The notes below the pieces were generated by a model. The model was given only the letters and a program-made list of their open reading frames with translations, was not told the DNA's origin and did not search any database. DNA of 64,000 nt from Eledone cirrhosa. Taxonomy: Eukaryota. The position numbers were made by a program, and so were the translations under genes. This document shows, one piece after another, positions 1 through 12,800 of this stretch (its first letter is position 1; each line of letters opens with the position of its first letter). Location of the stretch: contig OZ024759.1 of assembly GCA_964016885.1 (NCBI GenBank), positions 3,658,001 to 3,722,000 of the forward strand, in the 5' to 3' direction.

Positions 1-424
1 ACTAAAAGCAAGGAGCGGGACGTTCCCAGAAAAGTTTCCAGACGTTGGAAGTATTCCGGCCGCGCTGCCCAAAAAGGGGCGTACACAGCTATTAGTCTAA
101 GGGCTCCACTTTCACTACTGCCGACGTCTAAAACCACCAGTCGACCCTCCGGGTCCAGGTGCACCTTCTGTATGGCGAGGCCCAGGTGTTTTCGCAGCAG
201 AACAACAACTCCACCCCCACCCCCCCCCCACCCGGTTGACAGAGAGATGCGAAGATCTCAAAGTCGTCGAAGAGGGGCGCCAGTTGGTGCTCGCTGCTGA
301 TCCTGGACTCGCAAATAGCCATTACATCCATTCTATGCGACCTGAGATCGTTTAAAAGTTTGCCTTGTTTCCAAGACAGTCCCAGGCCGCGTACATTCAG
401 ACACCCAACTCTTATATCAGCCAT
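1..424 (-). pseudogene. LINE ORF2 N-terminal APE endonuclease, frameshifted at a C-run near 213-230
   Basis: LNVRGL, ICES and GVG motifs of the L1/Tx1 endonuclease. Confidence 0.8.
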
Positions 425-445
425 GTTGGTTAAAAGAGGAAGGAC

Positions 446-2157
446 CTACCTGTTCGGCTCCTGAGGAGCAGGTTGCACAATATCCATGGGCGTATTGGAG
501 GGGTTGTTTGGTGGGGTGTTGTTCTGTGGTGGAGTGGGGGTGTTTGGTGAGGTGTGGGTGGGGAAACGTTTCAAGAGGACGCGGTTATAGGGTCGAGTAC
601 ATGTTTTCCCCACGTCCTCAGGAAAGTTCTCTCTTAGTTTTGCATAGGTGTCCATTGGGAGTCTTATCATTTTTAAATGCGGTTTGTTGGCCGCGCTTGC
701 AAAGAATTGCCCTTCAGTTTCCACCGAAGGGTCTTTGTGTATTGTTTTTACTAGTTCTTTGTTATTTGTGTTAATGTATGTATACTGTTTTATTTGTGTT
801 GTGTTTGTTTGTTGTTCTTGTGTGTGCTTACGTTTTGTTGTATGTGTTATGTTTTGGGGTGGGGCGGATTTTGTTTGTTCTGTTTGTTTTGTTTTTGTTG
901 GTGGTTGTGTGTTTGTTTCGTTTATGTTCGAGTGGTGCTTTCTTTTTTTCCTTTTTACAGGTTGGAAGGGTTCCTCTTCTTCGTCACTAGGTGCCGTTTC
1001 AGCTGGGTCCTCGTCCGTGTTGTCGGGTAGTGGTGTATTTTGGGGTTTTGTTGTATTTGTGTGTGTTTTGGGAGTTGTTTTGGGTGGGGCCGTGTCTTGT
1101 GTTATTTTTCCGTGTTGTTTTTGTTGTTGTTGTGGTGGTGGCGGTGGTGGTGTGTGGGGTGTAGGCAAAAGAGCCTTTTTTTTGTCAATTGAGGACAAGC
1201 AGCCCTTAGATGACCCCTGCTTGAACAGTAGTAACATATGGGCCTCCTACCCTCGGCTGAAATGTATATAAATGTTTCTCCATCGAGGGACACCCTCTGT
1301 GGTATTCTAGCTATTCGTTCTGATCTCATTTGGACCAGAACCTCCACGCTCAAACCGCCGAAAACGTCTGTGGTGACTTCTCCTACTGAGAGGATTCCGT
1401 CCTCGTCTTCTAAAAATCCTGTTAGTACCCAGGAAATGCATGCATTTGGCCGGATTCCGGAGACCCTTATCTTCTGCGTTCTTTTCCCTAAATATGTGGG
1501 GAAAAATGTATGTAGCTTGGAAACAATTGGCGCCACAGAGTATTTCCTGGCCGTCAATTGATCCTTCATTAGGACCGTTATATTCCCATAGAGTGGCCCT
1601 TTTTGTATGAACGATATATCACTCCACACATTTTTTAGGACCAGCTCAATCTCTTTTTGGGATAATTGAGCTGGTTTCCTTGTTATGTTGGAAATTGTTC
1701 TGAAAGATATCGTTCTTAGCGTCGTGTCTCTTTTGATTTCTTGTGGGGAGGTGATTGTGAAGTCTCCTCCTTCTTTGAAAGTTACATACTGTTTCGCTTC
1801 CTTCATCTTTTCTCTCAGAGTTGTAATGTCCAGTTGCTTGCAGGTTTGTGTTTTCCGGACCGCCTGTGCAAAGGAGGCACCAGTAGTGGGTTCGCTTTGT
1901 TTGGTGTTATCGTTATTTTTTCCTTGGTTGGTGTTGTGACTATTGCTGTTATTGTCGTTGTTGTTTTTGTCTGCGTTTATGTGACTTTCTGGGTTTTCAC
2001 CCATTTTTACAAATTTTTCTTTTAATTCCGTGTTCCATGTTTCTTTTGCAGAAGTGAGGAGGGAAGACTTAGAGCCTTGTGGTTCTAGCTTCTCTGTATC
2101 ACCTTTCTTAGGGGGCGTGGCTTTCACGTTAGGATGAGATGTGAAAATTCCGTCCAT
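446..2157 (-). pseudogene. LINE ORF1 (gag-like, zinc knuckle), frameshifted in a T-run near 1176-1183
   Basis: ATG at 2157 (MDGIFTSHP...), CYYCSSRGHLRAAC knuckle; continues in the 446..1237 frame with a P/T/Q-rich tail and KRKKRK basic patch. The frameshift may be a homopolymer sequencing error. Confidence 0.75.
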
Positions 2158-2204
2158 TTCTATTAGTTTGCACACGTCAACACACGTCTCTCGTATACGA
2201 GATG

Positions 2205-3344
2205 TTATGTGAGATAAAGCCTTTACTGTGAAAATACAATAGTATATATAGAGTAATGTAAATGTTATGTGAGATATTATGTGAGGTAAAGCCTTTACTG
2301 TGACAATACAATAGTATATATAGAGTAATGTAAATGTTACGTGAGATATTATGTGAGGTAAAGCCTTTACCACAAAAATACAATAGTATATATAGAGTAA
2401 TGTAAATGTTATGTGAGATATTATGTGAGGTAAAGCCTTTACTGTGAAAATACAATAGTATATATAGAGTAATGTAAATGTTATGTGAGATATTATGTGA
2501 GGTAAAGCCTCTACTGTGAAAATACAATAGTATATAAAGAGTAATGTAAATGTTATGTGAGATATTATGTGAAGTAAAGCCTTTACTGTGACAATACAAT
2601 AGTATATATAGAGTAATGTAAATGTTATGTGAGGTATCATGTGAGGAAAAGCCTCTACTGTGACAATACAATAGTATATATAGAGTCATGTAAATGTTAT
2701 GTGAGATATTATGTGAGGTAATGCCTTTACCACAAAAATACAATAATATATATAGAGTAATGTAAATGTTGTATGAGGCATTATGTGAGGTAAAGCCTTT
2801 ACTGTGAAAATACAATAGTATATATAGAGTCATGTAAATGTTATGTGAGATATTATGTGAGGTAAAGCCTTTACTACAAAAATACAATAGTATATATAGA
2901 GTAATGTAAATGTTACGTGAGATATTACGTGAGGTAAAGCCTTTACTGTGAAAATACAATAGTATATATAGAGTCATGTAAATGTTATATGAGGTATTAT
3001 GTGAGGTAAAGCCTCTACTGTGAAAATACAATAGTATATATAGAGTCATGTAAATGTTATATGAGGTATTATGTGAGGTAAAGCCTCTACTGTGACAATA
3101 CAATAGTATATATAGAATAATGTAAATGTTATGTGAGGTATTATTTGAGGTAAAGCCTTTACTGTGACAATACAATAGTATATATAGAGTAATGTAAATG
3201 TTATGTGAGATATTATGTGAGGTAAAGCCTTTACTGTGACAATACAATAGTATATATAGAGTAATGTAAATGTTATGTGAGATATTATGTGAGGTAAAGC
3301 CTTTACTGTGAAAATACAATAGTATATATAGAGTAATGTAAATG
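2205..3344. repeat. 72-bp tandem array, about 16 units, derived from the interior of a piggyBac-like MITE
   Basis: Unit ttatgtgagatattatgtgaggtaaagcctttactgtgaaaatacaatagtatatatagagtaatgtaaatg; the array ends in the MITE terminus aatgctaaagag-TTAA at 3341-3356. Confidence 0.95.
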
Positions 3345-3439
3345 CTAAAGAGTTAAAACATAACTTAACAAATGTTCTTACATAAAGTTAGGATAGAAGG
3401 TTTTAAGATAGTTATAAACATTTTATCATAAACTAAGAT

Positions 3440-3980
3440 GCGTGGCTCTGTGTTTAGAGTATTCGCCTCACAATCGTAAGGTCATGAGTTTGTTTACCAG
3501 CGGAGTGTTGTGTCCTTGAGCAAGACACTTTATTTCATATTGTTCCAGTTCACTCAGCTGGCAAAAATGAGTTGTACCTGTAATTCAAAGGGTCAGCCTT
3601 GTCACACTCTGTGACATGCTGAATCTCCCCGAGAGCTATGTTAACCCTTTAGCATTTAAACTGGCCATATCCGGCCAGAATTCTCTCACCTCTTTCTGTT
3701 CAAACCAGCCATAACTGGCTGCTCATACTTATGTGAAGGTATTGTTCTCAAAATATATAATATCAAAATCTCATAGATTTGATATTATGTGAGATAATTA
3801 TGTAAGATAAAGCCTTTACCACAAAAATGTAATATTAGATATGGAGTAATGTAAATGCTAAAGGGCTAAGGGTATGCATGTCTGTGGAATACTAAGCCAC
3901 TTGCACGTTAATTTCATGAGCAGGCTGTTCCAGTAATAGTGTCAACTGGAACACTCATTGTTGTAACCGACAGTGCCAGT
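3440..3980 (+). mobile_element. tRNA-derived SINE (CORE-like central domain) interrupted by a MITE
   Basis: Degenerate A/B boxes and gtgtccttgagcaagacacttt core, shared with copies near 5485, 18355, 39940, 60700 and 60900. Confidence 0.75.
3641..3869 (+). mobile_element. piggyBac-like MITE
   Basis: TTAA-CCCTTTAGCATTTA ... TAAATGCTAAAGGG-cTAA terminal inverted repeats, inserted at a TTAA inside the SINE. Confidence 0.85.
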
Positions 3981-4096
3981 TCAAGTTCAAGGGGTAGAGT
4001 TGATTCAGACAGTTTGGTATCCAAACAGTTAAACAATTAGGAACATGTGTGTTTCATGCCATTTATAAATAAATGTCTTTAGGTGACATTCTAGAA

Positions 4097-4977
4097 CAGA
4101 AGTTCTCAAACTTTTTGGGGCCATCGCCCCCCACAGGGCCTTGTAATACCCTCTAAAACGCCACACCTATTTCCAGAGAGACCTACCTACAAGCAAATTG
4201 TAAATAATATAAAAAAAAGGAACGATGGACTTTCGTCAAATCGGACCGAGGAAACAATGTTTCCGTTGGTCTTTCCAATTGCTAATACTATCTATCGGTC
4301 GCAACTCCAGGTAGAAGGAGCAACGTGAAATAAAGTAAATAATATATAATACATAAAATGGTTGATATATAATAAATAATTCTTTCTACTTTTGGCACAA
4401 GGCCAGCAATTACTCCAGTATATTACTGGTACTGTATTTTATCGACCAAGTAAAGGTGAAAGCAAAATTAACCTAGGAGGGATTTAAAGTCAGATCATAA
4501 GGGGCCGTAACTCTATGCTGCAAAGCATGGTGTCCTACCTTCTATAATATATCGACAGTCGATCAACTTCCATCAAATTGGACCACGGAATCAATGCTTC
4601 CATTGGTCTTTCCAATTGCTTGGCAGTTCTTTACCCAGCTGTCATCCACCATGCGCATCACATGTCCATACCAACACAGTCTTCTCTCCCACACACTACA
4701 ACTTATCCCTCTTATACACAGTTTCTCTCTCAACTCGTCTATACTTTGTCGTTCACATACATTGACATCACACAAGCAACAGCATATACTTGCTTCATTT
4801 CTATCCACTATATAATATATACTATGTATCAATAAATATCATATACTTTTTTATTTTACTATATTTATATATAAAATTTATCATTTGATATTTGATATAC
4901 TATTATATCCTCTCCACCCCCATCCTTAAGCCCCAGCACCCCTCTTGGGGCAGTAGCACCCACTTTGAGAACCTCTG
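4097..4977. mobile_element. hAT (Charlie-like) non-autonomous DNA transposon with a nested SINE and RTE fragment
   Basis: TIRs CAGAAGTTCTCAAA / TTTGAGAACCTCTG; 8-bp target duplication TTCTAGAA (4089-4096) and TTCTAGAG (4978-4985). Confidence 0.8.
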
Positions 4978-5056
4978 TTCTAGAGGGAAGTGAAATTGTA
5001 AAGTGTAACAGGCAAGAAGACAACATTTTTCCAAACAAACAAAAAAACCAACTTAC

Positions 5057-5314
5057 TATCAATATAGTTATAATATATCCTTAGTTGGGAAATATCGTAT
5101 GTTTGTCTGAGTTCAAGAGTCCACAATGATCTTGGAGAGCTCATTGTATGAGAACAAGATCTGTGTTGTGGGTTTTGATCGAAGTTACCATCTTCAGCCA
5201 GGTTAGCTGACATTGAGTACATTTCATTGCGACAAACATTGTTTTTCATTAGAATTACACTGCTTGTTTTGTCTGTCGTGGTTTGTGTAGCTACTTTACC
5301 AATAGCTATATTTC
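5057..5314 (-). CDS. Exon of an EGF-repeat / fucolectin (F5/8-type)-domain protein: N-terminal half of the lectin-like domain
   Basis: tttcAG acceptor, GTAAGT donor, 258 bp phase 1-1; NIAIGKVATQ...ANLAEDGN...CSHT...WTLEL...ISQLRIY matches the fucolectin-type pattern. Confidence 0.8.
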
Positions 5315-5484
5315 CTGAAAAAGAATGAAAGAAAATTTAATGAAAGTCAATTACTATGAAATGAAATGGATCTCAGTCAGTTGAAACGATGATTGATCCA
5401 GTGGGAAAAGACAAATTGTTTTCTATATACTAAACTTTTGAAATATCTTTTACGTTATCTCTAAATTATTCCATATTTCCAGTA

Positions 5485-5760
5485 GAGGCATGTGGCCTAG
5501 TGTTAAGTGTGTTGGACTTACCATCATAATGTCATGGGTTCGATTTCTGGGGTGGGTTGTGTGTTGTGTTCTTGAGCAAAACACTTCATTTCACGTTGCT
5601 CCAGTATACTCTGCTGAAAATGAGCACCAACAATAGCTGTGGAGGGTGTAACCCTGCAATGGACTGATGTCCTGTCCAGGAGGAAGTCTTGTACTCACAG
5701 TCGCTTTATGCCATGAAACCAGGATAAGCATTGGCCTAATGAGCCTTCAGGCTTGAGACA
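5485..5760 (+). mobile_element. tRNA-derived SINE
   Basis: tggcctagtgttaa A box, ggttcgatttc B box, CORE-like domain. Confidence 0.75.
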
Positions 5761-5942
5761 GTATAGTCCTATACGAACGAGACACGGTCACCCGACCAAT
5801 CTTGCCTCAATTGGGACAACTCCCGACTAACCCATGCTAGCATGGAAGATAGATGTAAACGATGATGATGATGATGATATAGCAACCTCAGCCTCAACAG
5901 TGACAGCAACAACAACGGCATGATAATTAGAAATCTACTTAC

Positions 5943-6086
5943 TATAGGTTTTTACTTGGCAATCCGGTCCGGTCCATCCTTCTTCACAGCCATATGGGCA
6001 AGCCCCAGTTTGTTGATGGCAGTCAGCATCGTTTAAACAATGGCATTGCTTGTTACAAGTATATCCATACCATTGAGATGCACAAC
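5943..6086 (-). CDS. Exon of the same gene: MEGF/SCARF-type EGF-like repeat
   Basis: catAG acceptor, GTAAGT donor, 144 bp phase 1-1; CASQWYGYTCNKQCHCLNDADCHQQTGACPYGCEEGWTGPDCQVKTY (missed by the ORF track). Confidence 0.88.
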
Positions 6087-6154
6087 CTATGTTAAAAGTT
6101 AGAATTTATCACACTGATGGACTACATTTCCACAGTTCTCTCTCATCTACAGTT

Positions 6155-7050
6155 AATTGTTTCTACTATTTGGCACAAGGTACCAGTAATACACAGGGGT
6201 AATTGCTGAATTACCTCAGTGCATTACTGGTGCTTTATTTTATTGACCCCCCCCCCCCATAAGAATGAAAGGCAAACCTTGGCGGGTTTGAAAGCAAAAC
6301 GTAAAGGGCCATAACTCTATGCTGCAAAGCATGGTGTCTGACACTCTACGGATTACTGCCAATCCAATAATAATAATTGTTTCTACTTTTGGCACAAGGC
6401 GAGTCAGCAATTACCTCCAGTGCATTACTGGTACTTTATTTTATCGACCTCCGTAAGAATGAAAGGCAAAGCTAACTTCAGCAGGATTTGAACTCAGAAC
6501 GTAAAGGGCCATAATTCTATGCTGCAAAACATGGTGTCTGATGCTCTACGGATTACTGCCAGTCCAATCCAGCAATTACCCCAGTGCATTACTGGTACTT
6601 TATTTTATCGACCCCTGTAAGGATGAAAGGCAAAGTTAACCTCGGCGGGATTTGAACTCAGAACATAAAGGGCCGTAAACATGATGTCTGACACTCTACC
6701 GATTACTGCCAGTCTCACATAATTATCTCACCTAATATTATGGTCTGAGTTCAAATCCCGTCGAGGATAACTTTGCCATTCATCCTTACGGGGGTCGATA
6801 AAATAAAGTACCAGTAATACACTGGGGTAATTGCTGGCCTTGTGCCCCCAAAAGTAGAAACATAATATTGAATATATTAGATTTTGATATTATCTATTTT
6901 GAGAACATTATCTTAACATTAATAAGGGCGGTGGGTTGGCAGTATCGGTGGAGGGTCGGACGCCATGCTTTCCAGCATAGAGTTACGGCCCTTTACGATC
7001 TGAGTAATGCACTGGGTAATTGCTGGCCTTGTGCCTAAAGTAGAAACAAT
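6155..7050. mobile_element. Cluster of about five copies of a second SINE family in both orientations
   Basis: Repeated ggtactttattttatcgaccc..gtaaggatgaaaggcaaag..ggatttgaactcaga; one copy is flanked by the duplication attatcttaacat (about 6907 and 7049). Confidence 0.8.
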
Positions 7051-7151
7051 TATCTTAACATGAATATGAACGGCTGGTTACAGCCAGTTTGAACAGAAAG
7101 AGGTGAGAGAATTCTGGCCAGATACAGTCGCTTTAAATGCTAAAGGGTTAA
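6865..7151 (-). mobile_element. Partial piggyBac-like MITE (same family as 3641), split by a SINE
   Basis: Reverse-complement match to 3641-3780, ending taaatgctaaaggg-TTAA. Confidence 0.75.
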
Positions 7152-7208
7152 CAGTCACAGTTTGTAGAGATTAACAACTAAAGTTTGAATGAATAAAGAT
7201 CAACAGAC

Positions 7209-7358
7209 CTGATAATGATAATGTTTCGATACAGGTACCCTCTCCTTTTATAGAAATAGACCAAGCGTTTACATCCCCTGAACAGCTCAAAGGTCTGGTT
7301 GTACATATTGATGTACAAAAGGGTTCCTTATTTTTGCCAAAAAATACTGAAACTGTCT
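7209..7358 (-). CDS. Probable exon of the same gene (Cys-containing extracellular segment preceding the EGF repeat)
   Basis: tttcAG acceptor, GT donor, 150 bp phase 1-1, open frame TVSVFFGKNKEPFCTSICTTRPLSCSG...GTCIETLSLS, joins in frame to the EGF exon. Confidence 0.6.
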
Positions 7359-7373
7359 CTGAAATGAGAAGTG

Positions 7374-7419
<46 letters not shown>

Positions 7420-7423
<4 letters not shown>

Positions 7424-9689
7424 ACGGAGGAAATGTGGTAAGGAACCAGGTGGACCATAATGCACCAAAGTACTCAATACTTAGGGTAGTAGAGTGGGTA
7501 ATAGGAACGAGTAGGACCCCGACGGCTGAGCTCAAGCCGTTTCGACGGCTAATTCTGGACTAAATGAACATTTTTATCCTGGTATTTGAATAGCCGAGCT
7601 TCTAAAGGGGTAATTCCATATATGGTAAAAGTGATTGTCACGAGGATTGGTCAAAAGTTTGTTGTTGAGACATAATAATTCTATGATGGCAATTTGTGGA
7701 GGGAAGGGGTAGCTGAACCTGCCAGTAGGAGAAAGAGGGAGAGGAGGTGGAGGAGACCCAGTCATGCGTTGATAGTGCCGACTACAGCTGGGCATGAGGT
7801 CAAAGAGGATACTAGGGAGGGGGAGGGGGAGGAAGTCGAAACAATTAGTAAAACAATTAGTAAAACAATATGGGGTAAATATATAGAAAAATACCGAGAG
7901 TGTTAAAAAGCAATTAAATGTAAAAAAAAAAAAAATAAACAATTTCTGGTTACTACGACCTAAGTCTCTCACTGGCACTGCTAGGCTAAAGAAAGGTTTA
8001 CTAGGTGGGACGGAATTATAATGAGACCCTTTTAAGAGGTATAAGTAATAAACCAAGTATATCTTACGGTGACGGGTCAACAAGTGAGGGGTCAAAATAC
8101 TAAAGAAACTACCACGAAATAATAAATAAAGGTTTCTACCCCAGGCACAAGGCCAGCAACCACCCAGTGCAAAAAGTAAACTAATACGAAATAATAATTC
8201 AGAGTCCTGAAAAAGAATACTAATACTATCTCTAAGGGTGCCGCCACGATACAAAAGTTCTAGTGCAAACTACATAAAAGCTCGTACGAAGTAAAATTTG
8301 ATACGGAAAATTAGTTCAGAATCCCCCCCCCCCCAAAAAAAAAATACTGATATATGAGAAATTAAAGCAAAGATACCACTAAGAAATATAGAAAGCACGG
8401 AAAAGGGGCAGCGGTCGGATAAGGAGGCAAGTATCCGGGGTCTAACACATCTGCTATAAAAAGCGGAGTCGGCCAAATCTATCATAGAATAGGGGTAGGG
8501 GGTGGGGGTAGTGAAACTACAAAGGACCGAGGGGCTGCCTCGGGTGGGCGAGAAAATGAAAAGGACGACAACAAAGAAAGAGGACTGGGGTGGAAGGACT
8601 AGGGAGGGATGGGGGGAAGAAGGAAATATAGAGGAAGCGATAAAAAGATATAAAAGATCTTACGTCTACCGTACCTTTGCAAGCAGGGGTTACCCATTAC
8701 AAAATCGGCAAGTGGGGTGTTATAGCCCTAGTCTCCCCTCCCCGGGTCATTATGGGGTTTGAGGGCGAGGTAAGTCCTACGCAATCTATGTTTACATGCA
8801 GTAACCAGTCCATCTTTCATTTGTAAAGTTTCCTCCGAGCATAAATTGCACGGACGGCGTCCTCCCGTGTAAGAGTTGGCTCTGGACAGTAAGCTCCAAG
8901 TGAGATCATAGGTAATGTTGTTATCCTTGAGGTCCCATATGTGGCCCGAAAGTGTAGTGGCGTGACGCCGGGCCGGGTTTCGGAAGGTATTCCTGTGTTG
9001 GTATAGCCGGGTCTTGCGGTTAATCCTATATAAGCTTTGTTGGAGGTGTCCGTCCTCACGTTGCACTGGTAGATCACATTACGATCTCTGCATCTGTTGT
9101 CGAGGTGGAAAATGGATCCATCAGGACAGTTGCACCTCCTGGTCAGCTCTCCACTGCTATTTAGGTTATTTTTTCCATAGGGGTTGAGTTTTTTGTTGTT
9201 AGAGGAGACGATATTTTGTGCAAAGTTTGGTGTGGTGCTGTAAGAGAGTTTAATGGTATTTTTGTTAATTACGTTGTGGTAGCGGTGTTGTAGTGGGAAG
9301 TGTTTTTCAATGAGCCTAAAGAAGATTTTCCCGATAGGAGTTGTCACCTCGGCGTTGTGGGGAGGATTGAACTGGTTACTGCATGTAAACACAGATTGCG
9401 TAGGACTTACCTCGCCCTAAAACCCCATAATGACCCGTGGGGTAGACTAGGGCTATAACACCCCACTTGCCGATTTTGTAATGGGTAACCCCTGCTTGCA
9501 AAGGTAGACGTAAGATCTTTTATATCTTTTTATCGCTTCCTCTATATTTCCTTCTTCTCCCCATCCCTCCCTAGTCCTTCCACCCCAGTCCTCTTTCTTT
9601 GTCGTCGTCCTTTTCATTTTCTCGCCCACCCGAGGCAGCCCCTCGGTCCTTTGTAGCTTCAGTAGCCCCACCCCCTTCCCCTATTCTAT
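7420..9689 (-). mobile_element. 5'-truncated Penelope-like element (Naiad-type GIY-YIG endonuclease remnant plus 3' region) with an inverted duplication
   Basis: FNPP...TIKLSYST...CNC...VIYQCNV...YIGLT...CNLCSEE remnants at 8750-9370; 8484-8808 is repeated inverted at 9371-9689; (TA)n on both flanks. Confidence 0.8.
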
Positions 9690-9855
9690 ATATATATATA
9701 TATATGTGTGGAAAAAATGAAACAAAATTTCATTTCTCACTCTTAGTGCGGCTGTTACTTAAATATAAAGTATGTATACATACATACATATATGTATACA
9801 GACGTACAGTAGTATATATACATGCACACATATATATATGTACGTATGGCACTCA

Positions 9856-12800
9856 ATGACAATGTCACAGATTAAGACAAATTCACCTCCTGCTGCAAGA
9901 CGAGAATACAAGGACCCCTCTTTATTTCAGACACAGATGACCAACAAAATCCCGTCTCCCACACCCCTCCCTGCCCCTCCAACCCATCCATCCCACCCTC
10001 CCAACTTAGAGTTGGTACCATGAACGTAGGCACATTGAAAGGTCGCTCAAATGAGGTTGTAGAGATGCTTGAACGTAAAGAAATTGATGTTTGTTGTATT
10101 CAAGAGACTAGGTGGAGAGGGGGATCTGCCAGATTCATCGTGGGTAAAAAACGATGCTATAAACTTTTCTGGGTGGGAAATGACAACGGACAGGGTAGTG
10201 TAGGAATTATGTTAGCTGAAAAATGGGTAGATAAGGTAATTGACGTAAATATAGTGAATGACAGAATAATTAAATTAAGACTAGTTCTAAATAGAATTAC
10301 TGTGACAATAATATCTGCTTATGCACCCCAATCTGGTCTCCCTGATGTTATAAAGGACAGGTTCTATGAGATGCTAATGCACACTACCTCCCAAATAACC
10401 GACAGCGACTACTTAATTATTGCTAGCGATCTAAACAGTCACGTTGGACAACATAGTGATGGCTATGATGGAATTCATGGAGGCTATGGGGTTGGAAATA
10501 GAAATGAGAAGGGTTTCAGAATCCTGGAATTCTGTGATGCAAATAGCCTAACTATATGTAACACAAACTTCAAAAAACGTGAAAACCACTTGATCACCTA
10601 TAGATCAGGGGAACACGCCAGCCAGATAGATTATATCCTTACTAGAAGACGGGACAAAATGTCTGTTGTAAACTCTAAATCCCTCCCCCGTGAAGAATGC
10701 CCCTCCCAACATCGCCTAGTAGTTAGTGACCTCATAGCCAGGAATAGACGTACTCGACGACAGAGGAGGCCTACCTTGAGGAGAAGAATATGGAAGTTGA
10801 AGGACCCCATAGCCAGTGACAAATTTAAAAGCTTATTATTTGTTGCCTTTGACAATAAGGAAGAGCAATTAGAGACGTGCAATAGAGAGGAACAGTGGCA
10901 ATCCTTGAAAGTGAACCTGCTGAAAGCAACGGATGAAATCTGTGGCTGGAGCAGACCTATTGGCAGGAGGAGAGTAACTTGGTGGTGGAACAGTGAGGTG
11001 GAAGAGACAATCAAGGGCAAAAAGCAGGCTTGGAAAGAATGGCAGGATGGGGGGCGTAGAGAGCACTATCAAGTGGCCAGGAGAGAAGCTAGGAGACAAG
11101 TGTACCTTGCAAAAAGGGTAGCAGAGGATAGAAAGTTCAAGCATGTTCTGCAACGTGAGGACCAAAAACGTGAGGTGTTCAGGATTGCTAGACAATGTGT
11201 CAAGGAAAACCGTGATATTGTCGGGGAGAAGTGTGTCCGTAATGATAATGGTGTACTTGCGCTCACTGATACTGATAAGCCTGGAAGAGGCACTACGAGA
11301 GACTATTAAATGAGAAGAATAAATGGGAAAAAGATAGTCTGCCCCAAATCGATCCAATGGTGCAAGGTAAAGGTAGTATAATAAGTAAGGCAATCAAAGA
11401 TATGAAGACAGGCAAGGCAGCTGGGCCTTTGGAGGTAGTTGCTGAGATGCCTTCAACATCTGGTATGGCGGGACACACTATGGTCACACGTATAGTTAAC
11501 CAAGTAATACAGAATGGAGTCATACCGAAAGACTGGCGTAGCAGCATCATCATTAACTGCTACAAGGGTAAAGGGGATGCTCTAGATAGGGGAAACTATA
11601 GAGGCATTAAGTTAGTTGACCAGGTCATGAAGGTCACAGAAAGAGTAATAGCGCAACTAATCAGAGAGCGAATTGATCTAGATGAAATGCAGTTTGGGTT
11701 TGTGTCAGGTAAAAGTACCACAGACGCTCTTTTCCTTGTACAACTACAAGAGAAGTACCTAGCTAAAAGTAAACCCCTCTACTTAGCTTTTGTAGACCTG
11801 GAGAAAACTTTTGACAGAGTCCCCCGCTCCATTATCTGGTGGGCTCTTAGAAAACTAGATGTAGATGAATGGCTGGTGAGAGCTATACAAGCTATGTATA
11901 ATGAAACAGTCAGTAAGGTTAGAATTAACAATGAATATTGTGAAGAATTTAGTGTAAAAGTTGGCGTTCATCAAGGCTCTGTCCTTAGCCCCCTCTTATT
12001 TATTATTGCCCTTCAGGCTATAACAGAGGAGTTCAAGACCCGCTGCCCATGAGAACTCCTATACGCAGATGATCTAACGCTCATAGTTGAATCAATGGCT
12101 GAACTAGAGAAGAAATTCGAAACATGGAAGCATGGCCTAGAATCAAAAGGCCTTAAAGTTAACTTGTCTAAGACTAAAGTTCTAGTTTGTAGAAAGGAAA
12201 ATAGGGCACAGGTGCCCTCAAGGAAATGGCTATGCTCAGTGTGTAGGAAAGGAGTAGGCAGAAATTCCATTTTATGTCCCAAATGCAAAGTATGGGTACA
12301 TAAAAGATGTAGTGGGATCACAGGTAAACTATCTCAGAACGTAGACTTTATATGTGGCCAATGCTCAGGTGCAATAAGTAGCAAGTGTCCAAAGGATACT
12401 AGCTCCTTCCATTGCCCAGATGGTTCTATAGAAATAGTAGACACTTTCCGTTACCTGGGTGACGAAATCAACAGTGGTGGAGGGTGTTCTGAAAGTACAG
12501 TAGCCAGAGTCAGAACGGGATGGAAAAAGTTCAGAGAGCTTATACCGTTGTTGGCCACAAAAGGTTTCTCTCTAAAAATGAAAGGCAGATTGTATGATGC
12601 CTGTTTCTCTCTAAAAATGAAAGGCAGATTGGTATGGCCATGTGATGCGCATTAAAGACGACAGTTGTATAAAAAAAGTGCAGGGCGATCAAAATTGATG
12701 GTAGTTACGGAGTAGGTAAACCCAGAAAAACCTGGGATGATCTGATAAATTCCGACCTTACATACTTACATCTCTCTAAGACAATGTCTCTGGACCGAGA

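Larger units (their letters stand above)
1..2200 (-). mobile_element. L1/Tx1-clade non-LTR retrotransposon, 5' part (short 5' UTR, ORF1, start of ORF2); continues beyond the window start
   Basis: Two-ORF layout: CCHC-knuckle ORF1 followed 21 bp later by an APE endonuclease start (RVGCLNVRGL...DVMAICESR). Confidence 0.85.

Noticed and set aside
508-1271. Hydrophobic plus-strand ORFs
   Set aside because: Antisense shadows of the A/C-rich LINE ORF1
2177-3319. 380-aa ORF and the repetitive N-terminus of the 512-aa ORF
   Set aside because: Read-through of a 72-bp (multiple of 3) MITE-derived array; the LINE ORF1 plausibly starts at 2157
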